Of a DNA stretch of 64,000 bases, positions 1 to 12,826 are shown in pieces. The stretch is taken from assembly GCA_021775995.1 (NCBI GenBank), contig JAJFGS010000001.1, forward strand, positions 10,195 to 74,194. Direction: 5' to 3'. Below the pieces are notes generated by a model that was not told the origin of the DNA, did not search any database, and saw nothing but the letters and a program-made list of their open reading frames with translations. The translations under genes and the position numbers were made by a program. Positions within the stretch are counted from its first letter, which is position 1, and every line of letters starts with the position of its first letter. This DNA comes from Alphaproteobacteria bacterium (GTDB lineage Bacteria > Pseudomonadota > Alphaproteobacteria > Micavibrionales > Micavibrionaceae).

Positions 1-498
1 GATGTAGGTGATGACCAAATGGCGATGATTAATCATTTGGTAGATGCAGCTCTCTATCTTCATGCAGAATTAGTAGCAGACCGTTTCCCAAATAAGAAAA
101 TGATAATGCCTGCTATTTCGACAGGTGATCATTTAATATCAACTTTCCGTGGCACAAAATTGCAGTTCATTTTGGAGGATGCTGAGCGCGCGTTACAAAA
201 AGCGCAAGAGAGCAATACGCGGGCGCAATGGCAGGATGGATTAAACGGGCTGGTAACAGCTTTAAAACCTTGGCTATTAGAGGGTCGCCCTCAATATTAT
301 AAATCCAAAAATCTTAATCTTTATATGGCTCACGGCCTTGATAAGTATTGGCTACAATTTAAAGGCTCACCCGAACTTCCTTATGAAAGCGGTATGCCAA
401 TGCCGATTGAATGGCCAGATGAAGGACAACAATCTGCACCTGTAATGCAAAAAGAAGCCCCTACAATGCCAGCAGGAGGTTCTCATGCAGGACACTGA
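1..498 (+). CDS. hypothetical protein, probably 5'-truncated by the window edge (first ATG at 19)
   Basis: Frame 1 is open from nt 1 (DVGDDQ precedes the first Met). The stop is TGA at 496-498, and the ORF overlaps the cusA-like start by 14 nt. I recognise no motif, and the sequence does not look like a CusB adaptor C-terminus. Confidence 0.35.
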   Translation, partial: DVGDDQMAMINHLVDAALYLHAELVADRFPNKKMIMPAISTGDHLISTFRGTKLQFILEDAERALQKAQESNTRAQWQDGLNGLVTALKPWLLEGRPQYYKSKNLNLYMAHGLDKYWLQFKGSPELPYESGMPMPIEWPDEGQQSAPVMQKEAPTMPAGGSHAGH

Positions 499-3400
499 TC
501 AAAACGAAACCCGTGATCCGTCTGGATCTGCGGTAGCAAAAATTATTGAATATTCAGTCAATAATCAGCTTTTGATTATTGTGATGATGATAGCACTACT
601 CGTGGCTGGAATTTTAGCGGTACAAAAAACACCGCTCGATGCCATCCCTGATATGTCTGATACGCAAGTAATTATTCGTACAGATTTTGCAGGACAGTCA
701 CCCCAAATTGTAGAAGATTTGGTTACTTATCCGCTCTCTACAACCATGCTTGGCTTACCAAAGACAAAAGATGTGCGCGGCTTTTCAATGTTTGGCACTT
801 CCTTTGTTTATATTATTTTTGAAGATGATGTAGATCAGTATTGGGCAAGAAGTCGCGTGATTGAGGCGCTTTCCAAAATTCAAGGCGATCTACCGCCTAA
901 TGTCCAACCGCAAATTGGGCCAGATGCAACGGGTGTGGGTTGGGTTTATCAATACGCGCTCGTTGATAAAAGTGGCAATTATGATTTGTCACAACTTCGT
1001 AGCTTACAAGATTGGTTTTTAAAATTTGAATTGGCTACCGTCAATGGCGTCTCGGAAGTAGCTTCAGTTGGTGGGTTTGTAAAAGAGTACCAAGTTCTTA
1101 TTGATCCTAATCGCCTTCGTGCGTTCGATATTCCGCTTAAACGTCTGATGGAAGCCGTGCGTAGTGCCAGTATGGATGCTGGTGGTCGTGTCATTGAAAA
1201 AGCTGAAATGGAACTGATGATCCGCTCAAAAGGGTATGTCACTAATATTAATCAGTTGAAGAAAATCGTTGTTTTTGCTCGTGATGGCACGCCTGTAAAA
1301 TTAGAAGATGTTGCCCGTGTAATTGAAGGTCCAGAGTTACGGCGCGGCGTTACTGAACTCAATGGTGAAGGTGAAGTTGTAGCTGGTGTTGTTATAATGC
1401 GGGCTGGTGAAAATGCTCTTCACGTTATTGAAGGCGTTAAAGAAAAGCTAGCTGAATTGCAGCAGGGTTTACCTGAAGGTGTTGAGATTGTGCCAGTTTA
1501 TGATCGAGCGCCATTGATTGAAGGCGCAGTTGATTATTTGACAGACACGCTCTTTAAACAAGCGATTATTGTTTCATTGGTTGTGTTTATATTCTTACTT
1601 CATGTCCGTTCTGCTTTTGTGGCGTTGATTGTCTTACCTCTTGGTGTATTGGGCGCATTTATTGTTATGTCGGCACAAGGCATAACGGCCAATATTGTAT
1701 CATTAGGCGGGATTGCAATTGCGATAGGAACAATGGTGGATGCCTCCATTGTTATGGTTGAAAATGCACATAGGAAACTGGCGGAGCTTGGTGAAGAGGC
1801 TAATAGGGAAGAAAAAAATAAAGCTATCCTAGCTGCGGCCAAGGAAGTTGGCCCTGGGTTATTCTTCTCACTGCTTATTATTACAATTTCATTCCTGCCT
1901 GTATTGGCGCTCACAGGCCAATCTTACCGTTTGTTTTCACCATTGGCTTTTACAAAAACTTATGTACTTGGATTTGCCGCTATTTTGTCGGTCACTGTCA
2001 TTCCAATATTAATGCTTTGGACATTACGCGGAAAAATTAAAAAGGCAGAAGCCAATCCTGTGAATGCAGGGCTTTTGAAGATATATCGACCATTATTACG
2101 CCATGTACTGGCAAAGCCTGCCGTGACGATTGTTTTAACAATCGTTTTGATAGCAAGTATGGCTATACCGATTATGCGCACAGGTTCAGAGTTTATGCCC
2201 GCTCTTTATGAGGGTGAATTGCTTTACATGCCAACGACAATGCCTGGGGTTTCTATTACGAAAGCCAAGGAGATCCTTCAGCAGACTAATCGTATGATAA
2301 AGCAAGTGCCAGAAGTCCATCATGTCTTTGGTAAAGTTGGACGCGCTGATACGGCTACTGATCCAGCACCAATTACGATGATTGAGACATGGATTAAATT
2401 AAAACCACGCGAAGAATGGCGAAAGGGTATGTCGCCAGACGATATAATAAAAGATTTAAATGCCCGTGTTAAATTGCCAGGGGTTGTTAATTCATGGGGT
2501 TATCCGATTAAAATTCGTATGGATATGATTTCTACAGGAATTCGTACTCCCATTGGAATTAAAATTTCAGGTGATGATTTAGAGACGATTGGCCGTGTTG
2601 CGCTTGATATTGAAGCAACCATTAAAGATGTTGCTGGAACACGCTCTGCTTTTGCTGATCGTGTGACGGGTGGTAAATATTTAGAAATTACGCCTGATAG
2701 AGACGAATTAGCGCGACGTAATATTGATTTAGGTGTTTTTCAAAACATTATTGGTACGGCACTTGGCGGTATGAAAATGGCTGAATCTATCCAAGGGCGT
2801 GAACGCTATAACATTATGCTACGTTATGACCGTCCGTTTAGAGAAGATCCTGACGACTTAAGCAACATTTTAATACCAACCCCACAAGGACAACATATAC
2901 CACTTGGCGAAGTAGCAAAAATCGAATTTGTTGAAGGTCCACCAATGATTAAGTCTGAAAACGCTAGACTGACTGGTTGGGTATTTGTCGATATTGAAGG
3001 GCGTGACATTGGCTCTTACGTTAAAGACGCTCAAAAAGCTGTGATGAACTCGGTTGATCTACCTGCTGGATACGCAGTGGAATGGTCAGGTCAGTTTAAA
3101 CAAATGCTAGAGGCTAAAAAACAGCTTAGTATTGCTATTCCTGCGGCTGGCTTTGCAATCTTTGTTTTGTTGATGATTTATTTTGGAAGGACGGATCGAA
3201 CATTGATGGTCATGCTCTCTCTACCAGTCGCTATGGTTGGTGGTATGTGGGCGATTTATCTAGCTAATTATAATCTCTCTGTAGCAGCGGGGGTAGGATT
3301 TATCGCGCTTGGTGGGTTGGCCGTTGAAACGGCCACGATCATGATGGTGTATATAGACCTGCGCGTTCGAGAAACCAATCCCACAAATAAGGAGCAACTT

Positions 3401-3649
3401 AGCGAAGCTGTATTTGAAGGTGCGCTTATGCGTATCCGTCCCGTACTCATGACAGTTATAACAGAATTTGCAGGATTGTTACCGATCTTCATATTTGCAG
3501 GATTGGGGGCAGATGTAATGCGCCGTATTGCCCTGCCAATGGTGGGAGGCATGATTACAACCACTTTGCTTACTCTCATAGTTATTCCTGTTGTTTATTA
3601 TCTTTGGGAAAGCCGCCGCTATAAACATCAAGAAGTGGAGGTTTTGTAA
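485..3649 (+). CDS. cusA: CusA-type Cu(I)/Ag(I) heavy-metal efflux RND permease
   Basis: 1054 aa. It is collinear by eye with E. coli CusA. The sequence contexts of the three-methionine metal site are kept (LLYMPTT, ITMIETW, MDMISTG). It has the typical RND 12-TM layout. Confidence 0.9.
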   Translation: MQDTDQNETRDPSGSAVAKIIEYSVNNQLLIIVMMIALLVAGILAVQKTPLDAIPDMSDTQVIIRTDFAGQSPQIVEDLVTYPLSTTMLGLPKTKDVRGFSMFGTSFVYIIFEDDVDQYWARSRVIEALSKIQGDLPPNVQPQIGPDATGVGWVYQYALVDKSGNYDLSQLRSLQDWFLKFELATVNGVSEVASVGGFVKEYQVLIDPNRLRAFDIPLKRLMEAVRSASMDAGGRVIEKAEMELMIRSKGYVTNINQLKKIVVFARDGTPVKLEDVARVIEGPELRRGVTELNGEGEVVAGVVIMRAGENALHVIEGVKEKLAELQQGLPEGVEIVPVYDRAPLIEGAVDYLTDTLFKQAIIVSLVVFIFLLHVRSAFVALIVLPLGVLGAFIVMSAQGITANIVSLGGIAIAIGTMVDASIVMVENAHRKLAELGEEANREEKNKAILAAAKEVGPGLFFSLLIITISFLPVLALTGQSYRLFSPLAFTKTYVLGFAAILSVTVIPILMLWTLRGKIKKAEANPVNAGLLKIYRPLLRHVLAKPAVTIVLTIVLIASMAIPIMRTGSEFMPALYEGELLYMPTTMPGVSITKAKEILQQTNRMIKQVPEVHHVFGKVGRADTATDPAPITMIETWIKLKPREEWRKGMSPDDIIKDLNARVKLPGVVNSWGYPIKIRMDMISTGIRTPIGIKISGDDLETIGRVALDIEATIKDVAGTRSAFADRVTGGKYLEITPDRDELARRNIDLGVFQNIIGTALGGMKMAESIQGRERYNIMLRYDRPFREDPDDLSNILIPTPQGQHIPLGEVAKIEFVEGPPMIKSENARLTGWVFVDIEGRDIGSYVKDAQKAVMNSVDLPAGYAVEWSGQFKQMLEAKKQLSIAIPAAGFAIFVLLMIYFGRTDRTLMVMLSLPVAMVGGMWAIYLANYNLSVAAGVGFIALGGLAVETATIMMVYIDLRVRETNPTNKEQLSEAVFEGALMRIRPVLMTVITEFAGLLPIFIFAGLGADVMRRIALPMVGGMITTTLLTLIVIPVVYYLWESRRYKHQEVEVL

Positions 3650-4119
3650 TGTATCAAAATATGCCAGTAACTATTTTTATCAGCATTGCTTTGGTGCTTG
3701 TCACAACGGCTATCTTTTATGAGATTTTGGGTATCGTGCTACGGATTGTTGCCAGACACGATTTGCGTAATCGCCCCCTTATGTTTTTTTTAGTAGTGGC
3801 CATTTTCTCGGCACATACTATTGCCATTTGGATTTACGGCACTGTCTATTGGGTGATGGTGCATTCATTTGGTGTAGAGCCGTTAAGCGGCATCGCCCAC
3901 GATAACTTTTTTGGCTATATCTATTTTTCAGCCGCAACTTATTCATCGCTCGGTATAGGCGATGTATTTCCACATGGCGCTATGCAGTTCATCACTGGTG
4001 TTCAGGTCTTAAATGGTCTGATCCTTATAGGGTGGTCTGTCATGGTGACCTATTTTGCCGTGCAAAAGCTGTGGGACATTCATTTACCAACCATTAACTC
4101 AAAGGAGACTACCAAATGA
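3649..4119 (+). CDS. small ion-channel-like membrane protein (Ion_trans_2-like pore loop)
   Basis: 156 aa with several TM helices. The pore-loop-like FSAATYSSLGIGDVFP is a degenerate version of the TxGYGD filter. Its ATG overlaps the cusA stop (TAATG at 3647-3651). Confidence 0.55.
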   Translation: MYQNMPVTIFISIALVLVTTAIFYEILGIVLRIVARHDLRNRPLMFFLVVAIFSAHTIAIWIYGTVYWVMVHSFGVEPLSGIAHDNFFGYIYFSAATYSSLGIGDVFPHGAMQFITGVQVLNGLILIGWSVMVTYFAVQKLWDIHLPTINSKETTK

Positions 4120-4844
4120 AAATAATATTAACATTATTATTGGCCTTTATAGCTTTTCCCGCTATGGCCGCAGAAGACACCACAAATAAGCTTAGAATAG
4201 TTGAATCCAAATACATTTGCATGGTGAATGACAGTGTATTTAATAAAGAACAAATTTCCGTTCCTGTAGGAGATAAGACTTATTATGGTTGCTGTTCAAT
4301 GTGCGAAGAAAGATTGAAAACCGATGAATCAATACGCACAGCTATTGACCCTGTAAGTGGTAATCCAGTCGATAAAGCTGAAGCTGTCATTGCCGTAGAT
4401 TCAAGCAACAATGTTTATTATTTTGAGAGTGAGGAAACGATGAGAAATTACGTTTTTAACGCAGCTCAAGGAAAAACTACTAAGCAAATGCCTATGGATC
4501 ACTCTGGCCATGATATGTCAGGAGATAGCAAAGTGGTCATGGGTAAAGGTGTTATTCATAGCGTTAGTAAAATGAATAAGAAGGTTAATCTAACTCATGA
4601 ACCAATACCTGCTTTAGGTTGGCCAGAAATGACAATGGATTTAGCCGTTGCAGATGATGTTGATTTAAAATCTGTCGCGCCAGATCAAGAAGTAATGTTT
4701 CACATGGTTTTAGGTGAAGATAAAGTTTATCGCATTACAGAATTTATGAAGCCAGATGCAAAAATGGACCATAGCAAAATGGATCACGGTGACATGAAGC
4801 ATGATAATAGCGACGGTCATCATGGCGACAAAAGTCATCATTAA
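4116..4844 (+). CDS. periplasmic YHS-domain / CusF-domain fusion metal-binding protein
   Basis: It has a signal peptide and a YHS/TRASH-like DKTYYGCCSMCEERL. The CusF-type motif VNLTHEPIPALGWPEMTMDL keeps the His, Trp and Met-x-Met ligand positions. The linker and C-terminal tail are Met/His-rich. Confidence 0.7.
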   Translation: MKIILTLLLAFIAFPAMAAEDTTNKLRIVESKYICMVNDSVFNKEQISVPVGDKTYYGCCSMCEERLKTDESIRTAIDPVSGNPVDKAEAVIAVDSSNNVYYFESEETMRNYVFNAAQGKTTKQMPMDHSGHDMSGDSKVVMGKGVIHSVSKMNKKVNLTHEPIPALGWPEMTMDLAVADDVDLKSVAPDQEVMFHMVLGEDKVYRITEFMKPDAKMDHSKMDHGDMKHDNSDGHHGDKSHH

Positions 4845-4870
4845 TAAATAAAAAAAGAAAGGTTTATCAT

Positions 4871-5761
4871 ATGATGGACATGGAAATAATACCAAACTGG
4901 CATCCGATGTTAGTACATTTTACGGTAGCCTTATTTAGTGTATCAGCCCTGCTATATTTAGCAGGACTGGTACTAAAGAAACCAAATTTGTTGATTGTTG
5001 CCCGATGGAATCTTTGGATTGGTGCTTTAGCAACAATACTAACCGTAATTGCTGGTTTTAATGCGTATAATTCAATCCCTCATGATGGGCCACTTCATGC
5101 AGCCATGACAGACCATAAGAATTGGGCACTTATAACAGTTTCAGTATTTGGAGCGCTTGCCTTATGGGCTCTTTTCAAGCATCGGGGAGCTAAAACTGTA
5201 GGCGTTACTTTTGTCGGTCTTATACTTCTCGCTTCAGGGCTATTGACTGTGACAGGCTATAAGGGCGGTGAAGTTGTTTACCGTCATGGTGGCGGTGTAA
5301 TGCGTATGCCTGAAATATCAGGTGATGGTGGACATGGAAGTCATGCTCATGGTGAAGGTGAGGAACATGATGTTATGTCTGCTCAGGAATCAATGGATAT
5401 GACGTCTATGGAAGATAATCATTCAAATCATGATCATGGCTCTAAGTCTGAACATGACGATATGCAGATGCCTAATCAAAAAGCGATAGGACAAGGTGTT
5501 ATCAATTCAGTTGATACGGTTAATCGAAAAGTAAATTTAAACCATGAAGCCATTATAGATATTGGCTGGCCAGCAATGACAATGGATTTGGATGTTTCTA
5601 AGGATGTTGATCTTGAAGCATTATCCATTAATCAACCAGTTCAGTTTTATATGAAGCTTGGTAAAGACAAAATATACCGTATTACAAAGATTATAAAGAC
5701 GGATGAAAATAACTTAAATGATAATCAAAAAGAATATGATCATGGTGGTCATGAGCATTAA
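4871..5761 (+). CDS. DUF2231-like membrane domain fused to a CusF-type copper-binding domain
   Basis: The N-terminus has HPMLVHFTVALF plus about 4 TM helices. A His/Met/Asp-rich linker follows. A second CusF motif, VNLNHEAIIDIGWPAMTMDL, is present, and the protein ends in a His-rich tail. Confidence 0.65.
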   Translation: MMDMEIIPNWHPMLVHFTVALFSVSALLYLAGLVLKKPNLLIVARWNLWIGALATILTVIAGFNAYNSIPHDGPLHAAMTDHKNWALITVSVFGALALWALFKHRGAKTVGVTFVGLILLASGLLTVTGYKGGEVVYRHGGGVMRMPEISGDGGHGSHAHGEGEEHDVMSAQESMDMTSMEDNHSNHDHGSKSEHDDMQMPNQKAIGQGVINSVDTVNRKVNLNHEAIIDIGWPAMTMDLDVSKDVDLEALSINQPVQFYMKLGKDKIYRITKIIKTDENNLNDNQKEYDHGGHEH

Positions 5762-5780
5762 ATATTAAAGGAAAACTGCA

Positions 5781-6515
5781 ATGTTAAAACAAGCTAAACT
5801 TTATCGTATGGTGACCGATAAGCATGTATGCCCATATGGAATTAAATCTAAAGATCTCCTAGAACGCCAAGGATATGAGGTAGAAGACAATCACCTCAAA
5901 ACCCGCGAAGAAACAGATGTATTTAAAGAAAAGCATAATGTTGAAACGACACCACAAACTTTTGTTGATGGTAAATGTATAGGCGGACATGATGACCTTC
6001 TGAATTATTTTGATGTAAAAACCTTGAAGCAGGAAGGCACAACCTATCAGCCTATTATTGCTATTTTTGCGACGACTTTTCTAATGGCGCTCACTACGAA
6101 TTGGGCTATCACAGGTGGATTATCTTTCATTAGAGTTACAGAATTGTTTATAGCCATCAGTATGTGCGTATTGGCTATTCAGAAACTGCGCGACCTAGAT
6201 TCATTTTCCAATCAATTTATAACCTATGATCTGCTTGCAATGCGCTGGGTAAGGTATGCTTACATCTATCCGTTTGTAGAAATGTTAGCAGGCGTTGCAA
6301 TGATTGCAGGCTTATTTACGCCTGTTGCCGCACCTGCTGCTTTGTTCATAGGAGCTATCGGGGCAATATCAGTTGTAAAAGCCGTTTATATTGATAAGCG
6401 TGAATTAAAATGTGCCTGTGTTGGCGGTGATAGCAATGTGCCTCTTGGATTTATCTCTTTGACAGAAAACATTATGATGATGGCGATGGCTGTTTGGATG
6501 CTGTTTAATATTTAA
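5781..6515 (+). CDS. glutaredoxin-like domain fused to MauE/DoxX-like membrane domain
   Basis: The N-terminus has CPYG and TTPQTFVDGKCIGGHDDL, a glutaredoxin fold signature. The C-terminal half has about 4 TM helices with ELKCACVGG near the end. Confidence 0.6.
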   Translation: MLKQAKLYRMVTDKHVCPYGIKSKDLLERQGYEVEDNHLKTREETDVFKEKHNVETTPQTFVDGKCIGGHDDLLNYFDVKTLKQEGTTYQPIIAIFATTFLMALTTNWAITGGLSFIRVTELFIAISMCVLAIQKLRDLDSFSNQFITYDLLAMRWVRYAYIYPFVEMLAGVAMIAGLFTPVAAPAALFIGAIGAISVVKAVYIDKRELKCACVGGDSNVPLGFISLTENIMMMAMAVWMLFNI

Positions 6516-6555
6516 AATTGACAACAGCACTAATTTTTATGATAAGATTATTTTA

Positions 6556-6846
6556 ATGAAACACTTAATTCTCATTTTAGCCCTTGTTGCGTTCGTCACT
6601 GGTAGTTATGCCAGCAACGTTTTCGCGGCTGCGCCTGATGTGAATTGTGTTGATTGCTTAGATCATGAGAATGAAGCTGCTGATGACCAATGCAATGATT
6701 GCGAATGTCATCACAGTCACGTTATTGGTTTTACAATTTATAATGTTTCCAATGCTTTTCCAGTAAGTGGTCTAACGTTAATAGAGCCAACAGATAATTT
6801 GGTTTCTAATGCTTTATTCTCTCTATATCGCCCTCCAATAGCTTAA
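6556..6846 (+). CDS. small secreted Cys/His-rich protein (CzcI/DUF2946-like by position and shape)
   Basis: It has a signal peptide and the cluster CVDCLDHENEAADDQCNDCECHHSH, and it ends LYRPPIA. It sits immediately upstream of the czcC-like gene. Confidence 0.4.
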   Translation: MKHLILILALVAFVTGSYASNVFAAAPDVNCVDCLDHENEAADDQCNDCECHHSHVIGFTIYNVSNAFPVSGLTLIEPTDNLVSNALFSLYRPPIA

Positions 6847-6927
6847 GTTCACAGGCGTATTGCGCCTTTTTCATGTCTTTTCATAAGGCATAGGACTTTT
6901 ATTACTTAAGCTATAAGGAATTTACCA

Positions 6928-8211
6928 ATGTTACCCCATAGAATTTTACGTGGAAGATATATCCTTCCTGTAATTGTCGTGATGATCTTTTCTATCACAC
7001 AGGCAAAAGCCGACAATGAATTAACGCTCAATCAAGCCTACAATCTTGTTTTAAGCCAAAACCCAATGGTGCAAAGCTACCAAGCGCGATACATAGGCGC
7101 AGAAGGCAATCGTATCCAGCAATCTTTAATGCCTAACCCCGAAGCCAGTTTTGAAGTTGAAAACTTTGCTGGTGATGAAGGGCGTAGCGGTGTTGATGGT
7201 GCGGAACTAACGCTGGGTATTGAACAAAAGATTGAGATTGCAGGAAAACGGTCAAATCGTGTTCGCGTTGCTGATCTAGAAAAACAACAGATTAAACAAG
7301 AAGCGATTGCTTCTATTCAATCGGTTTTAGCACAAACAAATCAAGCGTTCGTCGATATAGCCATTGCAGAGAAACAGCTTCAATACGCTCAAAACCGTCT
7401 TGGTGTGGCCGATAAAATGCATAAAGCGGTGAAAGTACGTGTAAATGCTGCTAAAGCCCCCAAGATTCAACATACGAAGGTTGATATTGAACAAGCAACG
7501 GCAGAGTTAGAAAAACGTAAGGCGGAAAAAGAACTGACTTTGGCCAAAACAGTTTTAGCCAACCTCATGGGTGTGCCTTCTATTAACCAAGCTATAAAGG
7601 CTGATATATCAAAACTTCCTGAAACACCAAGTTATGATGATGTTGTAAATGCTTTAGAGCAAACACCTATGGCGACGATGAGCCAGCTTGCTATTATGAA
7701 GCAAGAAAGTGTTTTGAATTTAGAGCGTTCTAATGCCATTTCTGACCCAACGGTTGGTTTAGGGGTTAGACGGTTTAATGAAGATGATGGGACAGCTTTT
7801 TTAGCAAGCGTTTCTATTCCGCTTAATTTCTTTGATCGTAATCAGGGCAATATATTAAGCGCAAAAGCGAACGTTAAATCAGCGCAAGCGCAAGATACCA
7901 GTTTACGCTTAAACATGAACAAACAAGCTGTAGAGATATGGCAGGCGATGAATAATGCGCGTGATGAGGCAAAAGATTATCAAGCGAACATCATACCGTC
8001 AGCCCGTAAAGCCCTTGAGCAAGCGGAATACGGTTATGGCCGTGGAGCATTTTCGTTTTTAGATTTGCTCGATGCGCAGCGCACCTTGTTTGATGTTCAG
8101 GAAAATTATCTGAAAGCCTTACGCGTCTTTTACAAAAACAAATCCCAAATTGATATGTTAAGCGGGACTTACACTCCTTATACAGCATCACTTCTAAATG
8201 AAAAGGAATAG
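6928..8211 (+). CDS. czcC: TolC/CzcC-family outer membrane efflux protein
   Basis: 427 aa with a signal-like N-terminus and two coiled-coil-rich repeats typical of outer membrane factors. It is the first gene of an OMF-MFP-RND triplet. Confidence 0.8.
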   Translation: MLPHRILRGRYILPVIVVMIFSITQAKADNELTLNQAYNLVLSQNPMVQSYQARYIGAEGNRIQQSLMPNPEASFEVENFAGDEGRSGVDGAELTLGIEQKIEIAGKRSNRVRVADLEKQQIKQEAIASIQSVLAQTNQAFVDIAIAEKQLQYAQNRLGVADKMHKAVKVRVNAAKAPKIQHTKVDIEQATAELEKRKAEKELTLAKTVLANLMGVPSINQAIKADISKLPETPSYDDVVNALEQTPMATMSQLAIMKQESVLNLERSNAISDPTVGLGVRRFNEDDGTAFLASVSIPLNFFDRNQGNILSAKANVKSAQAQDTSLRLNMNKQAVEIWQAMNNARDEAKDYQANIIPSARKALEQAEYGYGRGAFSFLDLLDAQRTLFDVQENYLKALRVFYKNKSQIDMLSGTYTPYTASLLNEKE

Positions 8212-9325
8212 CAAAATGAAAAAAATTATACTGACAATTTTAGCTTTATTAAGTTTAGGTGGATTTTATTTATACACCCAATCTAGCCATACGGAAGATG
8301 TACACGATCATTCAGAGCATAAAGAAGAAAGTCATGAGAGCCATGAAGGACATGGGCATGATGAAGATGATGGTGACGATCACAGCGATGATCATGGTAA
8401 AGACGGTGACTCACATGACGAACATGGTCATGAGAGCCATGAAGATGAGGATAGTCATGATGATCATGGACATAAAGATGAACACGGTCATGGTGATGAA
8501 CATGAAGAAGGAAAAACAGAAATAGAGCCAGAACACGCAAAACAAGCAGGGGTTGTTTTATCAAAAGCGCAAGGCGGGACTATTTCTCAAAATGTTTCCC
8601 TAACAGGCCAAATCATTCTTAATTCTAATAGGTCTGCCGATGTAAAGGCACGTTTTACAGGTGCGGTGAAGAGCGTCAAAGTGGAATTGGGTCAAAAGGT
8701 AACAAAGGGGCAAGTGCTTGCAACGGTTGAGAGCAATGAAAGCCTTCAAGTGTTTAATGTGACTGCACCTATTTCAGGGACGATCTTAAAGCGGAATACG
8801 AATATCGGGAATTTAACCAGTGATGATCCAATGTTTACGATTGTTGATTTATCAAAGGTCTGGGCGAAATTTCATATTTTTCCAAAAGACACTAATCAAA
8901 TAAAGGAAGGTCAAAGTGTTAAAGTCCACACGTTAGGAAATGTTGAAAAAGAAGCAACATCTACAATCAAAATGTTATTACCAACTGCTGATGCCCTAAG
9001 TCAAACTTATATAGCGATAGTTGAATTAGATAATGAAAATAGTGATTGGCGACCTGGCATGACCGTTGAAGGTGATGTTGCTGTATCACAACAAAATGCC
9101 ACTATTATTGTTTCTGAAAGTGCAATCCAAACGATGGAAGATCAAACTGTCGTATTTGTAGAAAGCAATAATAGCTATGAAATGCGCCCTGTTAAGACAG
9201 GTAAAACAGACAATGAAAATATCGAGATAGTAAGTGGTTTAAATGAAGGTGAAAGTTATGTCAGTCAAGGCAGCTTCATCGTCAAAGCAGATATTTTAAA
9301 GTCTGGTGCGGCGCACGAGCATTAA
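8198..9325 (+). CDS. czcB: efflux RND periplasmic adaptor (CzcB-like) with His/Asp/Glu-rich N-terminal tract
   Basis: MFP-type lipoyl and beta-barrel segments are present (GQVLATVESNE, APISGTILK). A tract of about 75 aa is rich in H/D/E. An alternative start at 8216 (MKKIIL) avoids the overlap with czcC. Confidence 0.8.
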   Translation: MKRNSKMKKIILTILALLSLGGFYLYTQSSHTEDVHDHSEHKEESHESHEGHGHDEDDGDDHSDDHGKDGDSHDEHGHESHEDEDSHDDHGHKDEHGHGDEHEEGKTEIEPEHAKQAGVVLSKAQGGTISQNVSLTGQIILNSNRSADVKARFTGAVKSVKVELGQKVTKGQVLATVESNESLQVFNVTAPISGTILKRNTNIGNLTSDDPMFTIVDLSKVWAKFHIFPKDTNQIKEGQSVKVHTLGNVEKEATSTIKMLLPTADALSQTYIAIVELDNENSDWRPGMTVEGDVAVSQQNATIIVSESAIQTMEDQTVVFVESNNSYEMRPVKTGKTDNENIEIVSGLNEGESYVSQGSFIVKADILKSGAAHEH

Positions 9326-9363
9326 GACCTATTGAACAATCGTATGATCAAAAATTTACTTAG

Positions 9364-12546
<3,183 letters not shown>

Positions 12547-12559
12547 AAAGGAGAAAACT

Positions 12560-12802
12560 ATGAAAAAACTAGTAATTTTAACCGTCTCTATTTTAGTTGT
12601 GAGTATAGGGGCTGCTTCTGCTCAACATAAAGGCTATACAGAAGAACAGGTTAAGGAAATGCCGCGCTTCGCCAGTATTGAACAGCAACGTTGCCCAAAA
12701 GCACGCCACTGCTCTGTAAAAAGTAGACTAGAATGTAAGCATGAAGTTCGTGTAGAAATATATGAAAAGCGTTTGAAGCAGAAAAATAACTTAGATGATT
12801 AA
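12560..12802 (+). CDS. small secreted hypothetical protein
   Basis: 80 aa with a strong SD (aaggag) 7 nt upstream and a signal peptide (ends GAASA/Q). It has 3 Cys and no recognisable family. Confidence 0.35.
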   Translation: MKKLVILTVSILVVSIGAASAQHKGYTEEQVKEMPRFASIEQQRCPKARHCSVKSRLECKHEVRVEIYEKRLKQKNNLDD

Positions 12803-12826
12803 TACGAAAAAAAATACTATAAAGGA

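Noticed and set aside
979-3579. Antisense ORFs inside the cusA-like gene (979-1242, 1600-1914, 1960-2181, 2824-3009, 3268-3579); the same applies to those inside czcA (10359-12482)
   Set aside because: They are fully contained in strongly supported RND genes on the opposite strand, and their translations have no recognisable features.
8259-8564. An 88-aa plus-strand ORF and a 93-aa minus-strand ORF rich in Met/His
   Set aside because: Both are frame artefacts of the GAT/CAT/GAA repeat that encodes the His-rich tract of the CzcB-like protein.
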